This document shows positions 50,478-58,342 of a DNA stretch of 64,000 nt, piece after piece; positions within the stretch are counted from its first letter, which is position 1, and every line of letters starts with the position of its first letter. The notes below the pieces were generated by a model that saw nothing but the letters and a program-made list of their open reading frames with translations, made no database searches and had not been told where the DNA came from. The DNA lies in the NCBI GenBank assembly GCA_012960245.1, contig DUBO01000038.1, positions 10,627 through 74,626 on the forward strand. The letters are read 5' to 3'. A program made the position numbers and the translations under genes. This stretch comes from Candidatus Binatota bacterium (lineage in GTDB: Bacteria; Desulfobacterota; Binatia; UBA1149).

Positions 50478-50998
50478 GCGCTGTCGCCTCCCACCGCGCT
50501 GCGCGCCTCGTTGAGCATGTCCGCGGGCGAGGGCCGACCCATGGCGCCATAAGCGTTGAGCATGCCAGGACGCTGCACCCACTCGTGCAGGAGCTCGTGG
50601 GCGCCATCGCCACCCGCTCGCAACACGAAGTAAGCCGGCTGCAGGAACGCACCCTCGGGGTACTTGCGGGACATCGGGTGACCACTGCTGGTCGGCACGT
50701 CAAAAAGTTTGAGCGAACTCAACGAGGGATCGCTCAACAGCGTAAACGGTAGTCCCAGGGCGCGGCGCATACGCGACAGCGCGCGTGGGCTGTCGGCCGA
50801 TATACCCAGCAGGCGGACACCGGTTTCGGAAAAATCATCGGCAAGTGAGGAGAGCCCCTTCCAGGAGCGCACACAGAAGGGTCACCAGTAGCCGCGAAAA
50901 AACACCAAGCCCAGGGTGTCCCCGCCGGCAAGAGCTTCGGCGAGACTGAAGTCGGCGTCTTCGTGGGTTTTCAGAAGAAGATCGGCAGCATCATTCAT
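50474..50998 (-). CDS. Thioredoxin-fold redoxin (AhpC/TSA-redoxin-like) with an in-frame TGA at the first Cys of the CxxC motif (W-[TGA]-P-F-C): candidate selenoprotein, or gene disrupted by a nonsense mutation
   Basis: Minus-strand frame from ATG 50998 reads MNDAADLLLKTHEDADFSLAEALAGGDTLGLVFFRGYW-TGA(50882-50884)-PFCVRSWKGLSSLADDFSETGVRLLGISADSP...LLSDP, continuous in one frame. ATGA overlap with the downstream SDR start. 6-bp stem (CCCUUC/GAAGGG) directly 3' of the UGA. Confidence 0.5.
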
Positions 50999-51060
50999 GG
51001 GCGCAATCTACGCCCTGGCACTCGCCCTCGCAACGCAGCTGCCCTGCCGGGTTCCCAGCT

Positions 51061-52725
51061 TCAGTTCGGCCAGTAAATATACTCGTCGCCCTCGTTCATC
51101 GTGTCTTCGCCGGTCTTATCAACGGGCACCGGTACTTCTACCAACGATGGCCACATCGGTTCGGCCTGCTCGGCGTTGTGCCTGGCGAGCAGGTCCTCCA
51201 GTTCGGCGACCTTCCCTGGATTAATCTCGGCCAGGTTTTCCTGCTCGGTCGGATCATCGACCATGTTGTAGAGCCAGCGTTTCGCCGGCCGGTCAGATAC
51301 CTGCAGCTTCCAACCACCCGACAGCACCGCCTGGTAGTAGCCCTGCCTCCAGAACACCGCCTCGTGCGGGCTCCCCTGTTCCTCCCCGGCTATAAACGGC
51401 AGCAGGTCTACCCCGTCGACCTTCTTGTCTGTCCAACTCCCCCCACCCCCGGCGGCCACCGCTGTGGCCATTATATCCACGTGAGAAACCGGCTCGTGGT
51501 ACACCAGTCCCGGCTCTATCCGGGCCGGCCATTTAACAAAAAACGGCACGTGGGTTCCTCCCTCGAACAGGGTGATCTTCCAGCCCCGGTAAGGATCGTT
51601 TATCCCCGGCAACCCTATGTACCCGGCACCGCCGTTATCGCTGGTGAACACCACCATCGTGTTGTCCTCCAGCCCGTGCTCACGCAACGCCGCAAGTACC
51701 CGGCCGACACTGCGATCGACCGACCGCACCATGCCGGCGTATACCCGCAGGCGGTGGTCTTCTATGTGGTCGAGCGCATCGTAATCGGCCCGGGTGGCCT
51801 GCAACGGGGTGTGCACACCCCAGTGCGCCAGGTAAAGAAGAAATGGTCGGTTCCTGTTCGCCTCGATTGCCGCGACCGCCTGGTCTGCCAGGTAGTCGGT
51901 CAGGTACCCCTCGGGCTCAAACCATTCCGAGTCATTGAAACTGACCGCGTACTGCAGGATCGCCCATAGCACCCGATCGATGACGTCAAAATCCTGCTTG
52001 GAGTTAACGACGCCAGGCGAGTCCTCGGGCAAGTAGAGACCGCTTTCCATCATGATACTCTCGTCAAAGCCCTGGGCTGACGGCCTGAAGCGCGGACTGC
52101 GTCCCAGGTGCCACTTGCCAAGATGCATGGTGTGATAGCCGCGGTCGCCAAGCGCCTCGGCCAGGGTGACCTCCGACGGTGGCATACCCATCTCCTCCAT
52201 CGGCATGCGGTTGTCAGCCTTGTCCTCGTCTATCACCAATTGGTGTAGTCCCGGGTCGTGGTGGCTGAGCACGCGCGCAATCCTGGTCATGGCCGCCGGC
52301 GTAGGCGTAAACTCGAACCCGAAGCGGGTGGAATACCTGCTGGTCATAATGGAAGCCCGCGACGGGGCACACACCGCGTTGCCAGCGTAGCCGTTTACCA
52401 GGTCCGCACCGTTGCGTGCCACCGAGTCTATGTTCGGCGTGGGGACGGTGCCGCCCGCCACGCCACCACCGTGGAGCGTGATGTCGTTGAACCCCATGTC
52501 GTCAACGAGAATCACGACTATGTTTGGCTTCCGCTGATCCGGGGGCAGGTCGGCAGTTGCCGGCCCCTGCTGCCAGGTCACCGGACGGTTTGCGGCTACG
52601 CTGTTACGCATGCGGCTGGCCAGTCCTATGGCCTCGATCATCAGCCACTCGCGCATCGAGTAAGCACACGCGGCCAGCAGCGCCACGACCACCAGCACGG
52701 ACAGTGTTTTCTTACCTATCATCAT
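51061..52725 (-). CDS. Sulfatase (formylglycine-dependent arylsulfatase family)
   Basis: Signal/TM N-terminus. CAPSRASIMTSRY (C-x-P-x-R) active-site signature, DDMGFND metal site. Confidence 0.9.
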   Translation of the reverse strand: MMIGKKTLSVLVVVALLAACAYSMREWLMIEAIGLASRMRNSVAANRPVTWQQGPATADLPPDQRKPNIVVILVDDMGFNDITLHGGGVAGGTVPTPNIDSVARNGADLVNGYAGNAVCAPSRASIMTSRYSTRFGFEFTPTPAAMTRIARVLSHHDPGLHQLVIDEDKADNRMPMEEMGMPPSEVTLAEALGDRGYHTMHLGKWHLGRSPRFRPSAQGFDESIMMESGLYLPEDSPGVVNSKQDFDVIDRVLWAILQYAVSFNDSEWFEPEGYLTDYLADQAVAAIEANRNRPFLLYLAHWGVHTPLQATRADYDALDHIEDHRLRVYAGMVRSVDRSVGRVLAALREHGLEDNTMVVFTSDNGGAGYIGLPGINDPYRGWKITLFEGGTHVPFFVKWPARIEPGLVYHEPVSHVDIMATAVAAGGGGSWTDKKVDGVDLLPFIAGEEQGSPHEAVFWRQGYYQAVLSGGWKLQVSDRPAKRWLYNMVDDPTEQENLAEINPGKVAELEDLLARHNAEQAEPMWPSLVEVPVPVDKTGEDTMNEGDEYIYWPN

Positions 52726-52743
52726 CAGTTTCTTTCCGTCGCC

Positions 52744-53829
52744 CTATTGATACCGCGCGATTACCTGCTCGGCGAACTCGCGATAGCAGTCGCGGGCGAA
52801 CTCCATGGGGGGTAACAGGGTGACTTCCTTCAGTCCCATGGCCTCCTGTGCCCGAAGCTGCTCGATGATCTCGTCGGGCTCACCCACCAGCCCGCCCGAA
52901 GCGCGTATTGTGGCCGGGGTGACAAAGCGCCGCTCGGCCGGCACCAGGTAAGTGCAGTGGCCGTCGTGGATCTGCAGGTAGCGGCGGTCCTCGGGGGTTT
53001 CCATGCCGTCGACGTAGGCCTTGTACTCGTCCCAGGTGTCGCGGATCGACTCATCGATAAAATCGTCGCTGCCCGCCTGCCGGGCCAGCTCCCAGAAGAA
53101 GTGCAGGCTGGCGGTGACCATCGACCCCACCTGGTCTATCACCCGGTCGTCGGTGAGCTGTTCACCGGGCTTGAGCACGCAGGAGAAGGTGAGCGCGGCA
53201 GTGTGGTAGTCGTTCTCCAGGTCACGCCCCGCGGCCGAAGCTGCCTTCAGGGCCAGGCCCAGGTTGTGCTTGAAAGCCGGCTCCGGCTCGCCGCCTGCCG
53301 AGATACGACCGTCGCCGTACATGCCAGCGGCCTTGAGCGCCAGCGGGCCGTTGGCGGCCACGTATATGGGCACCGGCTGCTCGGTGTTCATGAAGCCCAG
53401 TTCTTCGTGCAGGAACTTTATCTCGCGCGTCACCCCGTCCTGCGTGTACTCCACCTGGCGGCCATGCAGCAGCTCCCTGACCACGTGCAGGTACTCGCGA
53501 AAGGGGCGCGGCTTGACCGGGTCCATGCCCATCACGCGCATGGCAGTGTGACCGGTGCCCACGCCCAGGAACACGCGCCCGGGCGCAAGCTGGTTGATGC
53601 TGGCAATGGAATGGGCAGTGACTGGCGCCGTGCGCGTGCCGGCGATCGACACGCCGGTGCCCAGGCGAATACGCGAGGTGTTGGCCGCAGCGAGCGCCAG
53701 CACCGCGTAGCAGTCGGACCAGATCATCTGCGAATCGGGTACCCAGCCGTGGTCGTAACCGAGGTCCTCGGCAAAACTGAGCAACTGCCAGTCGTCTATC
53801 CGCGGGGCTATCATAGCTCCAAACTTCAT
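52744..53829 (-). CDS. LLM-family flavin/F420-dependent oxidoreductase
   Basis: Luciferase-like TIM-barrel motifs (GVGTGHT, FWEL). Confidence 0.75.
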   Translation of the reverse strand: MKFGAMIAPRIDDWQLLSFAEDLGYDHGWVPDSQMIWSDCYAVLALAAANTSRIRLGTGVSIAGTRTAPVTAHSIASINQLAPGRVFLGVGTGHTAMRVMGMDPVKPRPFREYLHVVRELLHGRQVEYTQDGVTREIKFLHEELGFMNTEQPVPIYVAANGPLALKAAGMYGDGRISAGGEPEPAFKHNLGLALKAASAAGRDLENDYHTAALTFSCVLKPGEQLTDDRVIDQVGSMVTASLHFFWELARQAGSDDFIDESIRDTWDEYKAYVDGMETPEDRRYLQIHDGHCTYLVPAERRFVTPATIRASGGLVGEPDEIIEQLRAQEAMGLKEVTLLPPMEFARDCYREFAEQVIARYQ

Positions 53830-53880
53830 ATACTATCTCCTCCAAGCGGCCCGTGGACCGGTGCCCCGACAGGAGACCAC

Positions 53881-54915
53881 ATGAAAGTTCTGCGAACCCC
53901 CGACGAGCAATTCAACAATCTTCCTGGCTACCCCTTCGAACCCCACTACACCGACCTGCCCGACGGCGACGGCGGCACGCTGCGCGTACACCACCTTGAC
54001 GAGGGACCAGGCGACGCCCCGATTGTGCTCTGCTTACACGGGCAGCCGACCTGGAGCTACCTCTACCGCCTGATGATACCGCCGCTGGTGGAGTCGGGCC
54101 TGCGCGTACTCGCGCCCGATCTGGTGGGCTACGGCCGCAGCGACAAACCCGCCGCGCGCGAGGACTACAGCTACCAGCGACAGGTCGACTGGATGACCGC
54201 GTGGCTTGAGGCAAACGACGTCACAGGCGCAACACTGTTCGGGCAGGACTGGGGAGGACTTATCGGCCTGAGGCTGGTGGCCGAGAACCCCGGGCGCTTC
54301 GACAGGGTGGTCATCAGCAACACCGGCCTGCCGATGCCCCCGGACCTACCAGCCGGCATCGTCGACGAAGTAAAAGACTTCAGGCAGAACGCACCCACGC
54401 CCACCATGATGGAGATGGCCGCCGCAATTTCGGGTGACTCGCAGGCTGGAGGCAGCGATGAGATCGGGCGAGGCGCCATGGCCTTCGCCTACTGGCAGAA
54501 GTGGTGCTGGGAGACCGAGGACCTTCCGGTGGGAATGGCCGTGGGCGGCATGGTGGGCGCCGAGAAAGCCGTGGCGCCCGAGGAAGTAGCGGCCTACGAC
54601 GCCCCCTTCCCTGACCCTTCCTACAAGATGGGTCCGCGCGCGATGCCCAGCCATGTGCCCACGTTGCCGGGAGATCCATCCACGCAGGCCAACCTGGCAG
54701 CGTGGAAAGTGCTCGAACAGTGGGACAAGCCCTTTCTATGTGCCTTTGCTGACAACGACCCGGTTACCAGGGGAGCGGAGAAAGCCTTTCTCGAACGCGT
54801 GCCCGGCAGCAAGGGCCTGCCGCACGTTACCTTTAACGGCGGCGGCCATTTCATCCAGGAAACCCGGCCCGATGAGCTGGCCGGCATTATATCCGCACTG
54901 GTCGAGTCGGCCTGA
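53881..54915 (+). CDS. Haloalkane-dehalogenase-like alpha/beta hydrolase
   Basis: LCLHGQPTWSYLYR, nucleophile GQDWGG, C-terminal GGHFIQE. RBS aggagaccac-ATG. Confidence 0.8.
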   Translation: MKVLRTPDEQFNNLPGYPFEPHYTDLPDGDGGTLRVHHLDEGPGDAPIVLCLHGQPTWSYLYRLMIPPLVESGLRVLAPDLVGYGRSDKPAAREDYSYQRQVDWMTAWLEANDVTGATLFGQDWGGLIGLRLVAENPGRFDRVVISNTGLPMPPDLPAGIVDEVKDFRQNAPTPTMMEMAAAISGDSQAGGSDEIGRGAMAFAYWQKWCWETEDLPVGMAVGGMVGAEKAVAPEEVAAYDAPFPDPSYKMGPRAMPSHVPTLPGDPSTQANLAAWKVLEQWDKPFLCAFADNDPVTRGAEKAFLERVPGSKGLPHVTFNGGGHFIQETRPDELAGIISALVESA

Positions 54916-54946
54916 ACGCCGCTTCCGCACGAGGCACAAAAAGGTA

Positions 54947-54973
54947 ACCCCGGGCTCCTTGTGAGAGCCCGGG
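54947..54973. terminator. Perfect 10-bp-stem hairpin (CCCCGGGCTC-cttgtga-GAGCCCGGGG) between convergent genes; likely bidirectional terminator
   Basis: Read directly. Lies 32 bp after the dehalogenase stop and 57 bp after the minus-strand gene stop. Confidence 0.55.
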
Positions 54974-55029
54974 GCGTCGGGGGCCGGTGGGGTGTTGCCG
55001 GCCGGTGGGGAAAACGGGTAGCCGCCAGC

Positions 55030-55728
55030 CTACTGGCACACGCAGAATGCCGCCACTGGATCGCCTACGAACGTGCACTGCTTGGTGGTATCGGCGCAAT
55101 CGCCACCGCAGGTGGGAGCGCCTGACTGTTCGCAGGGATCGCTCTGCTCGGGCTCGCATCGGCAAGCCAGGGTACCGGCTATATTCGTGCACACGTCGGT
55201 CGGATTGGGGCAGTCGCCGTTACAGGTCGGGGCACCGGACTGTTCGCAGGGGACCGGCTGGTCGAACACCTTCCAGGCGGGCGTGCACATCTTGGTGGTC
55301 CTGAAACCGGCGATCTCGCGCTGGCCAAACTGGTCAACCACGTCCTGGGCACTGGGCGGCATCGCGCCAGTAGGATCCTTGGGGCAGCGGATCTTGTAGC
55401 AGAGAAAGTCGTTGGTCAGGTCCTGGCCAACCACGTCCTCGTGCGGGGCATCGCGCTTGTTGTTGGGCTGCATGATGCGATCTTTATTGACCGGCAGGCA
55501 GAACTCCTTGCTCTTGACCATTATCCTGCAGCCGGCTTCGCTCGGGTACATGGATTGGTCAGAGTTTGTGATGAGATCGGCTACCGCCGAGTACCTGTGA
55601 GAATCCTTGATCTTGTAGCACTTCAGGTGGTCGTTGACGTTCTGGGCCTGCGAGATTGCGGGCAGCGCCAGGGCCAGGAAAGCTACGGTTACTGTTGCTG
55701 TTACTATTGCTGTGATTGCCTTGTTCAT
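55030..55728 (-). CDS. Small secreted Cys-rich protein with C-terminal 2x 6-Cys module (PCEQSGAPTCxGDC...C.C) shared with the BNR protein
   Basis: Signal peptide MNKAITAIVTATVTVAFLALALPAISQA. KCYKIKD / LCYKIRCPKDP motifs. C-terminal tandem Cys module. Confidence 0.7.
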   Translation of the reverse strand: MNKAITAIVTATVTVAFLALALPAISQAQNVNDHLKCYKIKDSHRYSAVADLITNSDQSMYPSEAGCRIMVKSKEFCLPVNKDRIMQPNNKRDAPHEDVVGQDLTNDFLCYKIRCPKDPTGAMPPSAQDVVDQFGQREIAGFRTTKMCTPAWKVFDQPVPCEQSGAPTCNGDCPNPTDVCTNIAGTLACRCEPEQSDPCEQSGAPTCGGDCADTTKQCTFVGDPVAAFCVCQ

Positions 55729-55773
55729 GTCGATTCCTCCGTCGGCGGCGCGGGTTGAGCCCGCGCCGGCATG

Positions 55774-55789
55774 CCCCTGTCAAAGCAAC
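55774..55789 (-). promoter_or_regulatory. Sigma-54 promoter, exact consensus TGGCAC-agcag-TTGC (read on minus strand)
   Basis: Plus strand gcaactgctgtgccaa. 45 bp upstream of start 55728. Confidence 0.6.
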
Positions 55790-55828
55790 TGCTGTGCCAA
55801 TCGGTAACGGCCCGGAAACCCTGTAAAC

Positions 55829-55865
55829 ACGGGCTCTAACCGGGGCTGTGCTGCTAACGTAAGTT
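55829..55865. promoter_or_regulatory. Copy A of the recurrent upstream element: CCGGGGCTGTG-N12-GTTAGCGCTCGAAG, with internal GCTAAC-gtaa-GTTAGC palindrome
   Basis: Identical 10-nt and 14-nt blocks to copy B at 62218-62253. ~65 bp upstream of the -24 box. Confidence 0.55.
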
Positions 55866-55930
55866 AGCGCTCGAAGGGCGGTAGCGTGTGGGTGGGTTTG
55901 CAGCGGAGCACCCGGATGCGCCGCCGGTCT

Positions 55931-56986
55931 CTAGAGCGAGAAAATACCCAGTAGCAGGCCACAACCGGTGAGAGCCATCAGGGGGCCATCACAGGTATGC
56001 GGGCTCACGGCTTCGGCAAGCGTCAGCCCAAGGGGAATAACGGCCACCGCCACCAGGAATTGTTCGGGCGTAAACACCGGGACGGCCGACAGGAACTGGT
56101 ATCCACACAGCACCACGACCGAAACGATAAACACCGTCGCACTACCCTCCAGGGATCGTACGAACTGCCCACTCCAGATACGCCCGTTGTGCCACAGGGC
56201 CTTGGTGCGGTACTTGTGCTTGCCGAAACGGATACCCACCGGTTCGGCGAGGCCGTCACCAAATTCGTTTATCAGTTGCGGCACGAGAACGATGAAGGGA
56301 TTGGCGACCAGCGCCATGAAAGGCAGGTATACGGCGAAACGAAACACGTCCTCGAGCATGTCATAACGCAGGGAATATGGCCTATCCTCCAGCCGATCCC
56401 ACGAAACGAACGCGTACCGGAACAACGCGACCCGGCGCCGAACGCGATGATACTCGAGCCCTATGGTTTTCAACTGGCCGAGGCAGAACAGGAACGCTAT
56501 GTCGATAATCACCTTGTCGCCGCTTACTATGAGAAGCGGGATCACGAAGGCCGAGAGCTTCTTTACGGGGCGAAGAATCAGTTTGCGGACGTAATTGATC
56601 CGAACTCGGTGCCGCATCACGAGCCATGATGCGAAGAGTTTACCCGCGACTTCGACTACGATCGAGATGCCAAAAAAAGCCATTGCCGCCGTGTTAAGTG
56701 CCGGGAGTACGCCGACAGCCCCCAGTACCCCAAGCGTGGCGGCTACAGCCAGGTAAAACGGACCAAGTACGGCTACGAATCGGTCCTCGCCCCTCCAGTC
56801 ATAGGCCTCGTTCTCCAGCCCGTAAGGATCGGCATACAGGCGGGCGAAATAGCCGTCCCGCGACTGGTGTACTGTCTCCTGGGATACCGGCCCTTCCCGC
56901 GTGATCGCCACCGCGGCCAAAGCGGCCCCCGGATACAGTGCCGCGTCGTTACCGGTCGGCTCGTTGGCAGTGCTGGTCCTTGTCAT
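55931..56986 (-). CDS. Integral membrane protein, CTP-dependent polyprenol/phytol-kinase-like (dolichol kinase/CDS superfamily)
   Basis: C-terminal FGDGLAEPVGIRFGKHKY...LEGSATVFIVS resembles the DGxAxxxGxxxGxxK...EGSxxxF motif of the CTP_transf_1/phytol-kinase family. ~7 TM. Confidence 0.45.
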   Translation of the reverse strand: MTRTSTANEPTGNDAALYPGAALAAVAITREGPVSQETVHQSRDGYFARLYADPYGLENEAYDWRGEDRFVAVLGPFYLAVAATLGVLGAVGVLPALNTAAMAFFGISIVVEVAGKLFASWLVMRHRVRINYVRKLILRPVKKLSAFVIPLLIVSGDKVIIDIAFLFCLGQLKTIGLEYHRVRRRVALFRYAFVSWDRLEDRPYSLRYDMLEDVFRFAVYLPFMALVANPFIVLVPQLINEFGDGLAEPVGIRFGKHKYRTKALWHNGRIWSGQFVRSLEGSATVFIVSVVVLCGYQFLSAVPVFTPEQFLVAVAVIPLGLTLAEAVSPHTCDGPLMALTGCGLLLGIFSL

Positions 56987-57074
56987 AACTTGCTCCCCAC
57001 TGTCTTCTTGAACGACCCGATGCTGATGTCAGTCGGACCCAGACCCGCAACAGGACGAGCTCAATATACAAGTA

Positions 57075-57089
57075 CTGCAACTCGTGTGC
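57075..57089 (-). promoter_or_regulatory. Sigma-54 promoter, exact consensus TGGCAC-acgag-TTGC (minus strand)
   Basis: Plus strand gcaactcgtgtgcca. 89 bp upstream of start 56986. Confidence 0.6.
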
Positions 57090-57133
57090 CAGTAGGAAAT
57101 TGGCACAAAAACGGGCTCCCGCCGAGACCGGAT

Positions 57134-57153
57134 GCAAACCAGGGTTAGCCCTA
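57134..57153. promoter_or_regulatory. Copy D of the recurrent upstream element (aaaccaGGGTTAGCCctagg)
   Basis: Matches the aaacccaGGTTAGCGC core of copies B and C. 53 bp upstream of the -24 box. Confidence 0.4.
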
Positions 57154-57233
57154 GGAGGCCCGGACCGCCTTCCTGGCTTAGCACTGGCCGACGTGGAGGC
57201 GCCGCTTAGCGGGCCCAGCTGGAGGATAGAAAA

Positions 57234-57458
57234 ATGATAAAACTCTGTTTCTGCGTACACCGGTTGCCGTCGCTCACGCGCGAGCAGTTCCAGGATTACT
57301 GGCACTCGACCCACGCGGCGCTGTTAAAGCGCCACGCCGAGGTCCTCGGCACAGAACAGGCGCAGGCTGCCGTCGCAGAGTTGATCGAAGACGAGCATCG
57401 ATTTGCAGACCTGTCGCGCTCGCCCATATTCCTGGCCGAAGAACGGCAGATCCTGTAG
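57234..57458 (+). CDS. EthD/Dabb-like small alpha+beta-barrel protein (hypothetical)
   Basis: MIKLCFCVHRLPSLTREQFQDYWHSTHAAL resembles the EthD N-terminus. 74 aa. RBS ggagg. Confidence 0.45.
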   Translation: MIKLCFCVHRLPSLTREQFQDYWHSTHAALLKRHAEVLGTEQAQAAVAELIEDEHRFADLSRSPIFLAEERQIL

Positions 57459-57484
57459 CGGCCGGCGGTAAGGAGAAAATCACG

Positions 57485-58285
57485 ATGGACTACGAGCAGA
57501 TCACCTACGAAGTACGCGACCAGGTGGCACTGATCACGCTTGACCGGCCCGACAAGCTCAACGCGTGGACGCCACAGATGAGCGAGGAGCAGGCCCACGC
57601 CGTCGCGCGCGCCAACGCCGACAACGCTGTGGGTGCCATCGTCACGACCGGTGCCGGCCGCGGTTTTTGCGCTGGCGCCGACATGGGCGACACCTTCCAG
57701 TCGCGCATAGACGGTGTTGACCCCGGCCACAACACCCAGGACGGATCGGGAGGAATGCCCGCAGGCCTCGACTGGGTGGCGCTGGTGCGCGAGTCCAAGC
57801 CCATGATTGCCGCGGTCAACGGCGCGACCGTCGGCATCGGGCTTACCATGCTGCTGCCCTTCGACGTCATACTGGCGTCGGACAAGGCGCGCCTGGGCAT
57901 GGGCTTCATCAAGATGGGGCTGGTGCCCGAGCTGGCCAGCACCCATTTCCTGGTGCAGCGCATGGGCTTTGGCCGCGCATCGGAGATGTGCCTTACAGGT
58001 CGCCTTTACAAGGCCGACGAGGCACTGGAGGCCGGCCTGGTGGACCGGGTCGTGGCTCACGACGACCTCGTGGCCGCCGCCCTGCAACTGGCCGGCGAGA
58101 TCGCGGCCAACCCCGTGCCGCAGTTGCTCATGACCAAGCGGCTACTGACCGAAAACGGCAGCGCCACCGACCTCACCCTGGTGCAGGAGTCGGAGAGCGC
58201 CTTGCTGCGCGAGTGCTGGAAGACACCCGAGCACGCCGAGGCGGTGGCGGCTTTTATCGAGAAACGACCACCGCGTTTTCGCTAG
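57485..58285 (+). CDS. Enoyl-CoA hydratase/isomerase (crotonase) family protein
   Basis: ITLDRPDKLNAW ... GAGRGFCAGADM oxyanion-hole motifs. Confidence 0.85.
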   Translation: MDYEQITYEVRDQVALITLDRPDKLNAWTPQMSEEQAHAVARANADNAVGAIVTTGAGRGFCAGADMGDTFQSRIDGVDPGHNTQDGSGGMPAGLDWVALVRESKPMIAAVNGATVGIGLTMLLPFDVILASDKARLGMGFIKMGLVPELASTHFLVQRMGFGRASEMCLTGRLYKADEALEAGLVDRVVAHDDLVAAALQLAGEIAANPVPQLLMTKRLLTENGSATDLTLVQESESALLRECWKTPEHAEAVAAFIEKRPPRFR

Positions 58286-58342
58286 CCCGACCATCCACCA
58301 TTTTCAGACAAGGACGTCGTAAGAGACCCCGTCCAGCTGCAG

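Noticed and set aside
50780-50884. Canonical bacterial SECIS downstream of the in-frame TGA
   Set aside because: Only an immediate 6-bp stem with a 14-nt loop was found. There is no stem-loop with an apical G at the canonical 16-37 nt distance, so Sec decoding remains unproven and pseudogenisation is equally possible.
57170-57215. Additional cttagca / cttagcgg strings just before the EthD-like gene as a fifth copy of the upstream element
   Set aside because: They lack the flanking aaaccca and ctcgaag blocks and are not positioned relative to any -24/-12 site. Likely chance.
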